DNA of 64,000 nt from an uncultured Acidobacteriota bacterium (lineage in GTDB: Bacteria > Acidobacteriota > Terriglobia > UBA7540): contig CAWDSK010000003.1 in assembly GCA_963804995.1 (NCBI GenBank), positions 864,001-928,000 on the forward strand, written 5' to 3'. Of the stretch, positions 1 through 10,221 are shown piece after piece. The notes beneath the pieces were generated by a model. It searched no databases and was not told where the DNA came from. It worked only from the letters and a program-made list of their open reading frames with translations. The position numbers and the translations under genes are program-made. Position 1 is the stretch's first letter, and every line of letters begins with the position of its first letter.

Positions 1-7
1 TAGGGGA

Positions 8-1363
8 GTGCAGAGGGGGACGCTGCCGCCGTTGCTTGTCGCGCTACTTGCCGCTGGACTGAGCTTTGCGGCGCAGGCTGTGGCGGGGCCGCTCGATGTC
101 CGGCTGTCGGGCTTCAAACCGGTGGAAGGAGGATTGCCGCCGGGGTGGAAGACCTGGGCGCCGCGAGCCGAAGTCATGCCACGAACCTTCATCGACACTG
201 TCCACTTCCGGACTGGGCCGGGCTCTCTGGCGGTAAGTGGCAACAGCAATCCGGCGGAGTTGGGTGGCTGGGAGTACGTGGTTGAGGGTGTCAAGCCAGG
301 CGCCTGGTATCACTTCGAGGCATGGTACAAGGCGGAAGGCCTGACCTACGAGCCCGTGCAGGCGTTCGCCAAACTGAACTGGATGGGCGCGGATGGTAAG
401 CGGGAGGGCCCCCCTGACTTTCCCACCACTGTGAACCCCGAAGGCGGTTGGACACGGCTAACCCTTGATCTTGCGGCGCCTGAGAAAGCGAGCGCGGTGA
501 AAATCCAGCTCCTTCTGGCCAATGCTCCCCAAGCCACCGTTTGGTGGGACGATATCTCGTTTGAAGGAATTCCGGCGCCACTGGCACGGCCTGTCAGGAT
601 CGCAACCATCAGGTTTGAGCCGAAGGGCGCCGGCTCAGCCGCTGAGGCAGTACGCCGCTGCCTCGAGGTCGTCGACAAGACTGTTACAGGCCCAACCGAT
701 GTAATTCTGATGGGCGAGACGATCACTTGGGCAGGGACAAGGGGTTCGTACCGCGAGGTTGCAGAACCGATCCCCGGCCCGTCGACGGCGCGGCTGGCCG
801 AAGTGGCACGAGCCCGCAAGACGTATATCGCGACCAGCTTGGTCGAACAGGAAGGGCCGGCGTTCTATAACACGGCGGTGCTGATCGATCGCGAGGGCCG
901 TCTGGTGGGCAAATACCGCAAGGTGAACCTGCCGTACGATGAATTCGAAGATGGCATCACACCGGGCAGCAAGTATCCAGTCTTTCAAACCGATTTCGGA
1001 AAAGTCGGCATGATGATCTGTTGGGACTCGGAGTTCCCGGAACCGGCGCGTGCCCTGGCCCTCCAAGGCGCGGAAATCATTCTCATGCCCATCTGGGATT
1101 GGAGCGCCCCGCTCGTCCTGGCTCGGGCCATGGAAAATCAAGTATTCATCGTCACTTCGTCATACGGCGACCCCTCCGTGATTCTTGACCCCGAGGGGGA
1201 ACAAGTTGCTTCTGCGAAAGAGGAAGGCGCCGCCGCGATCGCGACCATTGATCTCAATCGGCGCTATAAGTCGCCTCTGGTGAATCTAGGAGTCATGCGC
1301 GAACGGATCGTGCGTGAGTTACACGCTGACATTCCGGTGAAGCGGCCGGGATTTGTTCAATGA
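8..1363 (+). CDS. Secreted carbon-nitrogen hydrolase (nitrilase superfamily) with N-terminal carbohydrate-binding-like domain
   Basis: Signal peptide; E-K-C triad motifs ILMGE, KYRKVNL, MICWD; N-terminal ~160-aa beta-rich domain ending in VWWDDISF. Confidence 0.85.
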   Translation: MQRGTLPPLLVALLAAGLSFAAQAVAGPLDVRLSGFKPVEGGLPPGWKTWAPRAEVMPRTFIDTVHFRTGPGSLAVSGNSNPAELGGWEYVVEGVKPGAWYHFEAWYKAEGLTYEPVQAFAKLNWMGADGKREGPPDFPTTVNPEGGWTRLTLDLAAPEKASAVKIQLLLANAPQATVWWDDISFEGIPAPLARPVRIATIRFEPKGAGSAAEAVRRCLEVVDKTVTGPTDVILMGETITWAGTRGSYREVAEPIPGPSTARLAEVARARKTYIATSLVEQEGPAFYNTAVLIDREGRLVGKYRKVNLPYDEFEDGITPGSKYPVFQTDFGKVGMMICWDSEFPEPARALALQGAEIILMPIWDWSAPLVLARAMENQVFIVTSSYGDPSVILDPEGEQVASAKEEGAAAIATIDLNRRYKSPLVNLGVMRERIVRELHADIPVKRPGFVQ

Positions 1364-1509
1364 ACGCCTTTAACCTTTACCCCCGCGCGGTGTTGCGCAG
1401 CGTCTGATTTATTTAGGTTCCACCGTGCTGACACGACCGCGCGACAAGGGGATTAGCAGTGGAAAAACGGGTCTGGGTAATACGTTTAAATTGATAAGGA
1501 GGTTGGGTA

Positions 1510-4500
1510 ATGCGACTCAAGAGCATCTGGTTCTTAACCCTGGCGCTTTTATATTTGGGCGCGGCCGTTGCGCTCTACGGACAGGAAATCAGGGGATCCA
1601 TCGTCGGGAACGTCACCGATTCAACCGGTGCAGCAGTTCCCCAGGCCCACATCACTGTGAAGAATGAAGGCACCGGAATCGAGTCCAGGACAGCTACCGA
1701 CGGTTCCGGAACCTATACTATTCCCGACCTGCTGGGGGGATTGTACACGGTCATGGCCGTCAAAGAGGGGTTCAAGACCTACCAGGCTACCGGAGTTCGG
1801 CTCCTCTCCTCGCAGACAGCCCGGCAAGATGTGGTGTTACAGGTCGGGACGGTCCAGCAGACCGTGGAGGTCACCGCGCACACGTCACTGGTGCAAACGG
1901 ATTCTCCCACCATTGGCGGAACGCTCCAAACCCACGAACTGGCGGATCTCCCCTACATCACGACGACGACGGATGGACTGATGAACCTCGTGCCGGGGAT
2001 GTCGCTGGGAATCAGCAATGGAAACTCCAATCCCACGATCGGTGGTGCTTCCTATTTTGGTATGAGCAACTTTACGGTTAACGGGATTAGCACCAACAAT
2101 CCCGGACAGGGAGGGGGCGGCAACGTCACCTACGTCGGCTCCAACGAAATGATCGCCCAGGCCAACCTGCCTTCGATCGGGACGCTGCAAGAGTTCAAGG
2201 TTGACGTCTCAGTGGTGGGCGCTGAATACCGCTCGCAAACCGCCATCAGTATGGTGACCAAGCAGGGAACCAATAAGTTTCACGGGCAGGCCTACGAGTA
2301 CAACGAGAACAAGTCCCTGCTTGCCAACTCCTTCGACTTAAACAAATACAATGAAAACCAATACCCCTTTAACCGGAATCAATTTGGCGCCACGGTGGGG
2401 GGGCCGATCCTTAAGGACAAGCTGTTCTTCTTTGCCAACTACGATGGCATACGGGAGATCCACCCCCAGCCTATAGCCGCAAATTTCCCCACCCAGGCCA
2501 TGCGCCAAGGGGACTTTTCAAATCTGTGCGACACCTGGAGCGCGGGGCTCTGTACCGACACGACCTACGGCCAGCAGTTGTATAATCCGCTAACGGGGCA
2601 GCCGTTCCTGAACAATCACATTGATGCGGGGATGTTTGCCGCCCAATCTCAGGTGCTGGGCGCCTATATGCCCCTGCCCAACGTCAATTTTGCTCCTACT
2701 CCGGTACCCGGTACGAGCTCCGTGATTTATCAGGGGTCGCCTAATGCAATGTACGATTGGGCCAGCGCCGTCCCTCTCCGCTTCGGAACCAACAACGCCC
2801 AATTGCGCCTGGACGGACAGCTTGGAAGCAAGGACTCCATCGTGGTCTTCGCCACGATGTCGAAGGGGGACCCCTGGTTCTTTGGCTACGCCTGTTGCGT
2901 AACCTATGGAAGCTGGTCAGACCATGGTTACAATTGGTATAACTCCAGCGCCACGGAGACCCACACGTTCGGCCCCGGCACGGTCAACGAGTTTCGGCTG
3001 GGATGGGTGGAATCCGTGACGCGCTCCTACGGCCAAAACCTTGGTTTCGAGCCCTGGAGCCAGTTCCCAGGAATACCCTCCAGCCCCGACCGAGGCCTGC
3101 CGACCATCTACATCGGTAATTATGGAGGAACGAACTACGGCGGCACTATCAGCGACGTGGGCAAGGCCCACGGGCAGCAGAAGACTATCGACATCGTGGA
3201 CAACCTTACTCTGGTCCGGGGCCGGCACACGATCAAAACCGGCGTTGAGGAACTTGGATACAAGGAAAACGACTTCTGCTATTTCACCTGCGTAGGGCCC
3301 TTGGGCAATTTCAGCGCCTCAGGGCAATGGACAGGCAACCGCGGCTGGAACTTTGGCGGCGCTCCTCAGTCGGCCGGGAATGCGTTCGCCGATTTCATGC
3401 TCGGCGATGTTGATTCCTCCGGTTACGGTTCACCCCTCAGCCAAAACTTTTACGATCGGGAATGGGATTTTTACGTTCAGGATACCTTCAAGGCCTCGCC
3501 GCGCCTGACCTTGAGCTATGGCGTGCGCTATATGTACCAGAGGCCCTGGACGTTCCGGGACCATAACGCAACCTTCTGGGATCCCGCTAGCAACCAGTTG
3601 GTTTTGGCTGAAAACTCCAGCACGGTTACGGTTCCTCCCGGGGCAGATGCTGCACTCGTGTCCGCCTACCCGTTCGAAACCACGAAGCAGCTTGGCGCCT
3701 CGATCAATAACTTCACGAACGATACGAACAACTGGGCGCCGCGCGTAGGCTTTGCTTATCGCCCCTCCAGCAACAACAAAACGGTCATCCGCGGTGGGTA
3801 TGGTGTGTACTATGCCTTCAACGCGGGCTGGGTGGGGCCGCTAGGAAGCCTGGAGGACATACCTTGGGGACCCGCCGCGAACTATTCTTCCCGGTTGCCC
3901 GGCAATCCCACCACGGCTTACCTGCCTGACATAACCTTCGCCGATCCCTTCCCCACGGGCCTCGTGGCGGGCGCGCCGGCGAACCCCTCCTTCACGGCGA
4001 TGGATCGACACGAAATCAATCCCGTATCGCAGCAGTGGAACTTAACGGTGGAACGGCAGGTCGGAGACAACTGGTCGTTCCGGGGCACTTACATGGGGGA
4101 CCAGGGACACCACTTGGTGGATACCGGCGCGAATCTGAATAAGCCCATTGTCCAACAGCCCAATGTGCCCACCCAGTTGCAACTTCCTTTCCAACCCTGG
4201 AGCGGCATTGCCTGGACCACCTATTCGGGAACCAGCAACTTCCACCAGCTTCAACTCGAAATGCAAAAGCGGTTTGCGCACGGATTGATGTTCCGAGCTG
4301 AGTACGACTGGTCCCGCAACCTTGCCAACATGAGTGGAGATAACACCTTTGTGGGTTTACAGGATCCCTGGAACCTGCGCTCGGAGTACGGTAACGCCCA
4401 ATTTCAGTTCCGTCACCGGTTCATAGCGTACTATATCTACGAACTCCCGGTGGGCCACGGTAGGAAGTTCCTCGGAAATGTGAACAAGTTCGAGGATGGC

Positions 4501-5004
4501 GTGCTGGGCGGCTGGCGAGTCTCCGGCATCACCACGTATCACAGCGGTGATCCGATCTCACCGAGCTTCGAGAATCCTCAGACCCTGGTCGGTTGGCAAG
4601 CGCTCCGGCCAGACCGTGCCGCGGGTGTACCGCTTTACAACGACCGTGGATCGGGCCACGACACGGTCCATGGTGTGCAATGGTTCAACCCGGCGGCCTT
4701 CGTTCCTCCCCAGCCGTGGAATTACGGCAACGCCGCGCCCTTCTCGATTTTTGGTCCAGGGTTCGGTGAGTGGGATGTCAGTGTGTTGAAGCAGTTTCAA
4801 CTACCCAAGGGCGAGTCCAACAAGCTGGAGCTCAAAGTGGACTTCTTCAATTTTCCCAACCACTACAGCCTGGGTGACCCTAGTGTGGGTGTCGCTGATA
4901 TTCGGGATGGAGGTTCTTCTGATCCTGGCACCGGCAAAGTCTATGGAGGAGCCGGCCAATATCAACCCCGCCTGATCCAGATTGGATTGAGGTTGTTGTT
5001 CTAG
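1510..5004 (+). CDS. TonB-dependent receptor (Oar-like, carboxypeptidase-regulatory-like N-domain)
   Basis: Signal peptide; GNVTDSTGAAVP N-domain; NQFGATVGGPI and NNWAPRVGFAY motifs; C-terminal PRLIQIGLRLLF; AGGAGG RBS. Confidence 0.93.
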   Translation: MRLKSIWFLTLALLYLGAAVALYGQEIRGSIVGNVTDSTGAAVPQAHITVKNEGTGIESRTATDGSGTYTIPDLLGGLYTVMAVKEGFKTYQATGVRLLSSQTARQDVVLQVGTVQQTVEVTAHTSLVQTDSPTIGGTLQTHELADLPYITTTTDGLMNLVPGMSLGISNGNSNPTIGGASYFGMSNFTVNGISTNNPGQGGGGNVTYVGSNEMIAQANLPSIGTLQEFKVDVSVVGAEYRSQTAISMVTKQGTNKFHGQAYEYNENKSLLANSFDLNKYNENQYPFNRNQFGATVGGPILKDKLFFFANYDGIREIHPQPIAANFPTQAMRQGDFSNLCDTWSAGLCTDTTYGQQLYNPLTGQPFLNNHIDAGMFAAQSQVLGAYMPLPNVNFAPTPVPGTSSVIYQGSPNAMYDWASAVPLRFGTNNAQLRLDGQLGSKDSIVVFATMSKGDPWFFGYACCVTYGSWSDHGYNWYNSSATETHTFGPGTVNEFRLGWVESVTRSYGQNLGFEPWSQFPGIPSSPDRGLPTIYIGNYGGTNYGGTISDVGKAHGQQKTIDIVDNLTLVRGRHTIKTGVEELGYKENDFCYFTCVGPLGNFSASGQWTGNRGWNFGGAPQSAGNAFADFMLGDVDSSGYGSPLSQNFYDREWDFYVQDTFKASPRLTLSYGVRYMYQRPWTFRDHNATFWDPASNQLVLAENSSTVTVPPGADAALVSAYPFETTKQLGASINNFTNDTNNWAPRVGFAYRPSSNNKTVIRGGYGVYYAFNAGWVGPLGSLEDIPWGPAANYSSRLPGNPTTAYLPDITFADPFPTGLVAGAPANPSFTAMDRHEINPVSQQWNLTVERQVGDNWSFRGTYMGDQGHHLVDTGANLNKPIVQQPNVPTQLQLPFQPWSGIAWTTYSGTSNFHQLQLEMQKRFAHGLMFRAEYDWSRNLANMSGDNTFVGLQDPWNLRSEYGNAQFQFRHRFIAYYIYELPVGHGRKFLGNVNKFEDGVLGGWRVSGITTYHSGDPISPSFENPQTLVGWQALRPDRAAGVPLYNDRGSGHDTVHGVQWFNPAAFVPPQPWNYGNAAPFSIFGPGFGEWDVSVLKQFQLPKGESNKLELKVDFFNFPNHYSLGDPSVGVADIRDGGSSDPGTGKVYGGAGQYQPRLIQIGLRLLF

Positions 5005-5027
5005 AGAGCTCGAATTGTGTAAGTACG

Positions 5028-5052
5028 GGGGGAGGCGCCTGCCTCCCCCTTT
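5028..5052. terminator. Hairpin between convergent genes, probable intrinsic terminator
   Basis: GGGGGAGGC-gcct-GCCTCCCCC followed by TTT. Confidence 0.55.
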
Positions 5053-7476
5053 CATTCGTACCTGAGCGCCACCAGGGGATCGACCTTGGTCGCCCGGCGC
5101 GCGGGGATATAGGTCGCCAGCATCGAGGTTGCGACCAGAAGCAACGCCACGCTCACGAAGATCAGTGGGTCGTCAGGCTGGACTTCGAACAGCAGCGTAG
5201 TCAGCAGCAGGCGGGAGGCTGCGAGCGCGCAAGCGAGCCCCGCCAGCACCCCGGCCAGAACCGGCCGCATACTTCGGCCGCTCACCCAGCGCAAAATGTC
5301 TCCACGCGTTGCGCCGAGCGCCATGCGCACGCCAATTTCCTGCGTCGACTGCGTCACCAGGAAGGACATCACACCGTAAATCCCCACCACCGCCAGCAGC
5401 AGTCCCATGCCGGCGAATAAGGAGAGCAAGGCGGCGTTGAACCGCGCCCTCTGTGCCAGCTTCCCCACGCGCTGGTCCATCGTCTCGATGGTGACGGGCA
5501 GGGTGGGGTCGATTGCGGCAATTTCTTTCCGTAGCCATGGCGCCATGGCGCGGGGACTTAAGCTGGTGCGGACCAGCACGCTCGACGAGCGCGTGGCATC
5601 GTCAGGCGATTGCGTGCGCACCAGATAATATTCCGGGTCGGGTGCGGCGGCCAGCCCACCGTTCTTGGCGTCTGCCGCAACCCCCACCACCGTATACCAC
5701 GGTCCGTTGGAACCTGGCTGTAGTTGTTGGCCTACCTGGTCAAGGCTTCCGAACAACTTTTTGGTCAACGACGCGCTCAGAATAATCGCGTGGGCATTCA
5801 GATTGCGGTCCTCCTCGCGGAAGCCCCGGCCGCGCAGAATGGGGATTTTTAGCGCGGAGAAATAATCCGGCGTCACGGTTCGGTAAACCACGGTGCCGCC
5901 GGTTCCTTTCAGGTAGGGCTCGTGGCCTCGCACTTGAATTGTGCCGTATATCATGGTGAGCGCAGGGCCGCCCGGTGGAAGAGAATCACTTAGGGCGAGG
6001 GCTGTAACTCCCGGCAGCCGTCGCAAGCGCGGCTCAAGTTCGTCGAAGAATGCCACCACTTGCTCTGGTCGCGGATAACGCTGCTGGCCGAGGACAAGGT
6101 TGGCGGTTATCACGTGAGAGGTTTCGATCCCCATGGGATCATTCTGGAGCTTCCACAGACTGCGCAGCAGCAGGCCCGCCCCCGCCAGCAACACCAAAGA
6201 AATCGCCACCTGGGCCACCACCAGAAGCTGACGAAACCAGGAACGCCGGCCGGCCACCACTTGCCGGCCGGTCAGCGCCTCAGCGGGAGGCAAATGCAGC
6301 ACAGGGGCGAGTCCGAACAGAGCGCCCGAGAGCAGTGAAACAGCAAGAGTAAATAGCAGAACGCGGAAGTCGAGGGTCGCTTGCTGGAGGCGTGGGATGC
6401 CTTCCGGGGCGATAGCCAGGAAGCCCCGCAACATCAGACCTGCCAAGACACAGCCCAGCGCTCCCCCGGTGACCCCCAACAGAACGCTTTCGGTCAGTTG
6501 TTGGCGGATCAGACGCGGGCGGCCCGCTCCCAGGGCGCTGCGCAACGCCACCTCACGTTGGCGGGACGCGGCCCGTGCCAACAGGAGATTGGCCACGTTG
6601 GCGCAGGCAATCAGCAGCACCGCAAACACTGCGGCGAGCAAAATCCAGGCGGCCTGCTTTGAATCATGGGTTTGTCGATCTCGGAGCAATTGCACCCGCA
6701 GATGTATGTCCTTGCGGAATTGCGGTGAAACCCACTGGAGCGATTGCTGGAATAGGGGATCGAGCGCGCCGAGGGCCTGAGCAGGCGTGATCGCAGGTTT
6801 GAGCCGGGCGAAAGCATAGATCAGGTTGGCAGTGTCGTGGCGCGGCGAAAGTTCCGCCTCCGTGAACACTTGCGGGACGATGACCTGGGCAGACGTAAGG
6901 CTGGGCAATTCGAAATCCGCGGGCAGCACGCCGATAATTCGCGTGGGCTGCGCATCCAATGAAAACGTGCGGCCAACTACGCCCGGCTCGCCTCCAAAAC
7001 GGCTCTTCCACAGGCCGTAAGAAATCAGGGCGACCTTGGGCCCGTTCGGCCGGCTCTCGTCGGGCGTGAAATTCCGTCCCAGGAGCGGTTGCATGCCGAA
7101 GGTCGAGAGGAAGCTGGATTCCACTTTCGCGCAAACCATGCGGACAGGGTTCTGCTCCGTCAAATCGCAATCAGCCACCCCGCTCCAGGAACGTCATGGA
7201 TTCGAATGGCGTTTGGGCGGCGCGCCAGTCAACGTAGTCATAAGACATGACAAACTCGTTGGGATCAATGGGCGCCAACATGCCGAGAGAGACCAGGCGA
7301 TCCGCCTGAGGATACGGAAGGCTACGAAACAAGAGACGGTCAACCACACTAAACACGGCAGTGGTTGCGCCGATGCCGAGAGCCAGCGTCAACACCGCGA
7401 CAGTGGTGAAACCGGGACTCTTCCCGAGCATGCGCAGACCGTAACGAAGATCTTGCACCAGGGTTTCCATTACCAT
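5052..7476 (-). CDS. ABC transporter permease, ADOP/MacB-FtsX type; split by a +1 frameshift near 7193
   Basis: [22 protein letters not shown]-terminus (7171-7476) joins [15 protein letters not shown]...[13 protein letters not shown] (5052-7178); removing one T restores [13 protein letters not shown]. Confidence 0.9.
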
Positions 7477-7598
7477 CTCCTGAATCGAGCCATTGGGTCA
7501 TCCCGCCTTTGAGCTAGCGGCGGGGCCGCAACCAGGGCGTGCCACGGCCGACCTGCCCCGATTCATCGGAGTCTTGGCCGTGCCGGTCACGGGCGGGA

Positions 7599-7726
7599 GA
7601 AGCTGTGAAAAAATCCCATCAAACCTTTCACCGCGGAGACGCTGAGGCGCAGAGGCTTGAAAACAAAGGGTCATTTCTCTGCGTCTCAGCGTCTCAGCGG
7701 TGAAAATGGTATTTTTTCACACCTTC
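7599..7726. mobile_element. MITE-like element: 16-bp terminal inverted repeats around a REP-like palindrome
   Basis: GAAGCTGTGAAAAAAT ... ATTTTTTCACACCTTC (15/16 match); inner TTTCACCGCGGAGACGCTGAGGCGCAGAG / CTCTGCGTCTCAGCGTCTCAGCGGTGAAA. Confidence 0.65.
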
Positions 7727-7744
7727 GGACGCCCGTGGTACATC

Positions 7745-7797
7745 GTAGGGGCCAGCGGCGCTGGCCCGGGCCGAACGGTCGCCGCGGCGACCCCTAC
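7745..7797. repeat. GTAG-type REP doublet
   Basis: GTAGGGGCCAGCGGCGCTGGCCC ... CCCCTAC; related copy at 41029-41076. Confidence 0.65.
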
Positions 7798-7836
7798 GTC
7801 ATTGAACCAAAACTTACGGCATTGCGGCGAAAACCC

Positions 7837-9001
7837 TTAAGCCGCATTCTCGTGCGCCGCCCGTAAGACCTTCCGAGCGTTGTCGCCGTACACTTTCTTG
7901 AGGATGTCGTCCGGCAGACCCAAACCGTACAGCGGCCAGTGGTAGGCAAAGGCTCCGGTGGTGGTCTGGAGTTCCGTATCCCATTCGTAAAAGTGCTCGT
8001 CGAGTGTCTCCAGAATCCGGAAGGTGGCGCGAAACATCGGCCGCGTGTAGGCCATGTCCGTCCCGTAGAGCACCCGGTCGGAGTGACTTTCGATAAACTG
8101 AGCTGCGAATCTTGCAATCGGCGACATCTCCGCGAAGCGCGCCCCCAGGTCAACATAAAGATTGGGATTGCGATCCAGCATTTGGCCCAGGCGCGTCAGG
8201 TCGTACTCCAGGTTGGCAATGTGGCACGCGATGACCGTCGTCCGGGGATGCTTTTTTACGGCGCGCTCCAGACTCTCAATCAGTTCGTCGTGCCCCAGGA
8301 CGCCCGGACCCGTGGTGATTCTCCACGTGTAGCAATTCATGAGCCCGTCATTGGTATTGTCCATGGGCTCATAGGCCCAGATCGGATCCGAAACGTGGAT
8401 ATTGATGGGCATCCCCAAGCGCGCGCATTTGTCGAAGAGGGGATCCATGCGCGCGTCATCCACGTGCAGGCCGGAGCCCTTGGGGGCGCTCCAGATGCCG
8501 GTGCCTTTGTCGCCTATTTCCCCGACTCCAAGAGCCCCCCGGCGATGGCACTCCTCCAGGGCCTTCACGGCGTTCGGGCCGAATCCCGGCTGGTCGCAAC
8601 CGGAAAGATCAAAGCCGCACCACAGGTCGAAACGGTCCGGATACTTGGAGAACAGTTGGCTCATCGCGGAAACTTTTTCCGGACTGCCCGTCCTGACGAA
8701 CGTCACGGTCTTCTCCACGCCCGCCTCGTCCATAAGTTTGACCACCTCGTTCGAGGTGTTGCGGAGAGCGAACCCATTCCGCATGAAAGTGCACATCGAT
8801 GGCCGGATACTTCGCCTTGGTGACTTCGGTTTTGGGAACCTTGTAGATAGATCTCGGGCGGTAGTCCTTCAGCAGGAGCTTATCCGGCGAGGTCTCAGGC
8901 TCGTTCGCGGGGCTCGGGGCCTGCCGCGCCAGCGCGGATCCCGGTCGCATCACGGCGGCCGCTCCGGAAAACATCATCCACTGTCTGCGATTCATGGGCA
9001 T
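7837..9001 (-). CDS. Tat-exported amidohydrolase (Amidohydro_2 family); +1 frameshift near 8751
   Basis: MNRRQW Tat-like leader and IDVHFH metal motif in 8609-9001 continue into INIHVSDP, IACH and LYGTD in 7837-8796. Confidence 0.85.
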
Positions 9002-9172
9002 TCCTTAGAAATTGAGACTACCCAGGAGGCAGGTTGGCGCCCCGACCAGTCGGGGCGCCAGCCGGCCTCTCAACCGTTATCCCAACATTGGCAGCAGGTA
9101 TAGTATCTTTACTCGATACTTAATGCGTGTGCGCCCGTATGTAGCATTGTAAAGACGAATGTGAACATTCGA

Positions 9173-10087
9173 TCAGGAAACCACGCTGAGAATTCGCCGG
9201 ACACGGTCGCAATTTTCCTTTATCTCGTCTTTATACCGGGGATACATTCCCACCACGACGCAGTCTTTTTCCTTGATACTGTCAAACGCTTCTTGGAAAG
9301 CTGCGTCAACGGCAGCGGGCGTATGAGTGACGCGGCCGGCGGCCAGAATTTTGAATAGGAAGCAGGTCTTCTGAGTCTGCCGGGCGACCTTATAGGCGCG
9401 CGCAGGATCGGTTTCGAGGTAGAGTTCCCAAGCCGGCACCGGCAGCACACCCAAGAGCTTGCGAATTTCCTCCGGTGTTCGCCTGCGGTTGTAAGCACAC
9501 AGCATATAGAAATCAACGTCCCACCCTTTATCCTCTATATACTCGACCACCTCGGGCATGTGGGTTCCAACCCCGACCAGGACTCCTCCCTGGCGGAGCT
9601 TTTTGGTGTACTCCAAAACCTGGTCCATCTTTCCTTCGCGGAACAGATCGTCAGTCAATTCGCCATGATGATACAAAGCCGTCACGCCACTGCGCCGTAC
9701 CGTCTCCTCCACCGGATGCTTTTCGATGTCCACGGCAATGAGGTGCATCTTCCCGCCCTTGGAGTGGAAAAGTTCCAGGTCCGCCAACGAGCGGTCGCGG
9801 TGGCTGTATTGATAGGCATTGATTCCGTTCTGCTGACACTGTAAAAGAGTTTCACACACGCGCTCGGGGGTATTCCACTCAACCATGACCTGATCCAGTA
9901 TGTGGTTGAAGTGGGAGTACCCATAAAACTGGTTGCTGCCGATGATTAATCGGCTGATGTCATATTTGCCGAACCGTACTTTGGGAAGCGATCCCGTAAC
10001 AACTTCCGGCGCTCCCATCAGGGGATTGCCTGCCAGCGCTGCCACCGCTCCCACCGTGGTTTTGAGGAAGGTTCGTCTGCTACTCAT
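9173..10087 (-). CDS. Tat-exported aldo/keto-reductase-like TIM-barrel protein
   Basis: MSSRRTFLK twin-arginine leader; LPKVRFGKYDISRLIIG and FKILAAGR resemble AKR-fold proteins. Confidence 0.65.
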   Translation of the reverse strand: MSSRRTFLKTTVGAVAALAGNPLMGAPEVVTGSLPKVRFGKYDISRLIIGSNQFYGYSHFNHILDQVMVEWNTPERVCETLLQCQQNGINAYQYSHRDRSLADLELFHSKGGKMHLIAVDIEKHPVEETVRRSGVTALYHHGELTDDLFREGKMDQVLEYTKKLRQGGVLVGVGTHMPEVVEYIEDKGWDVDFYMLCAYNRRRTPEEIRKLLGVLPVPAWELYLETDPARAYKVARQTQKTCFLFKILAAGRVTHTPAAVDAAFQEAFDSIKEKDCVVVGMYPRYKDEIKENCDRVRRILSVVS

Positions 10088-10221
10088 GGGATTTTCACCT
10101 CGTTGGCCGCTCGAAAGGTACTCTGTGAGCTAACTTCCCCACTACTGTCCACTACACCGGGCAGGAGTGCAAAAAGGAAGCCAAATCATGCTTTTGATTC
10201 CAGATCGCGCAGGGGATTCAG

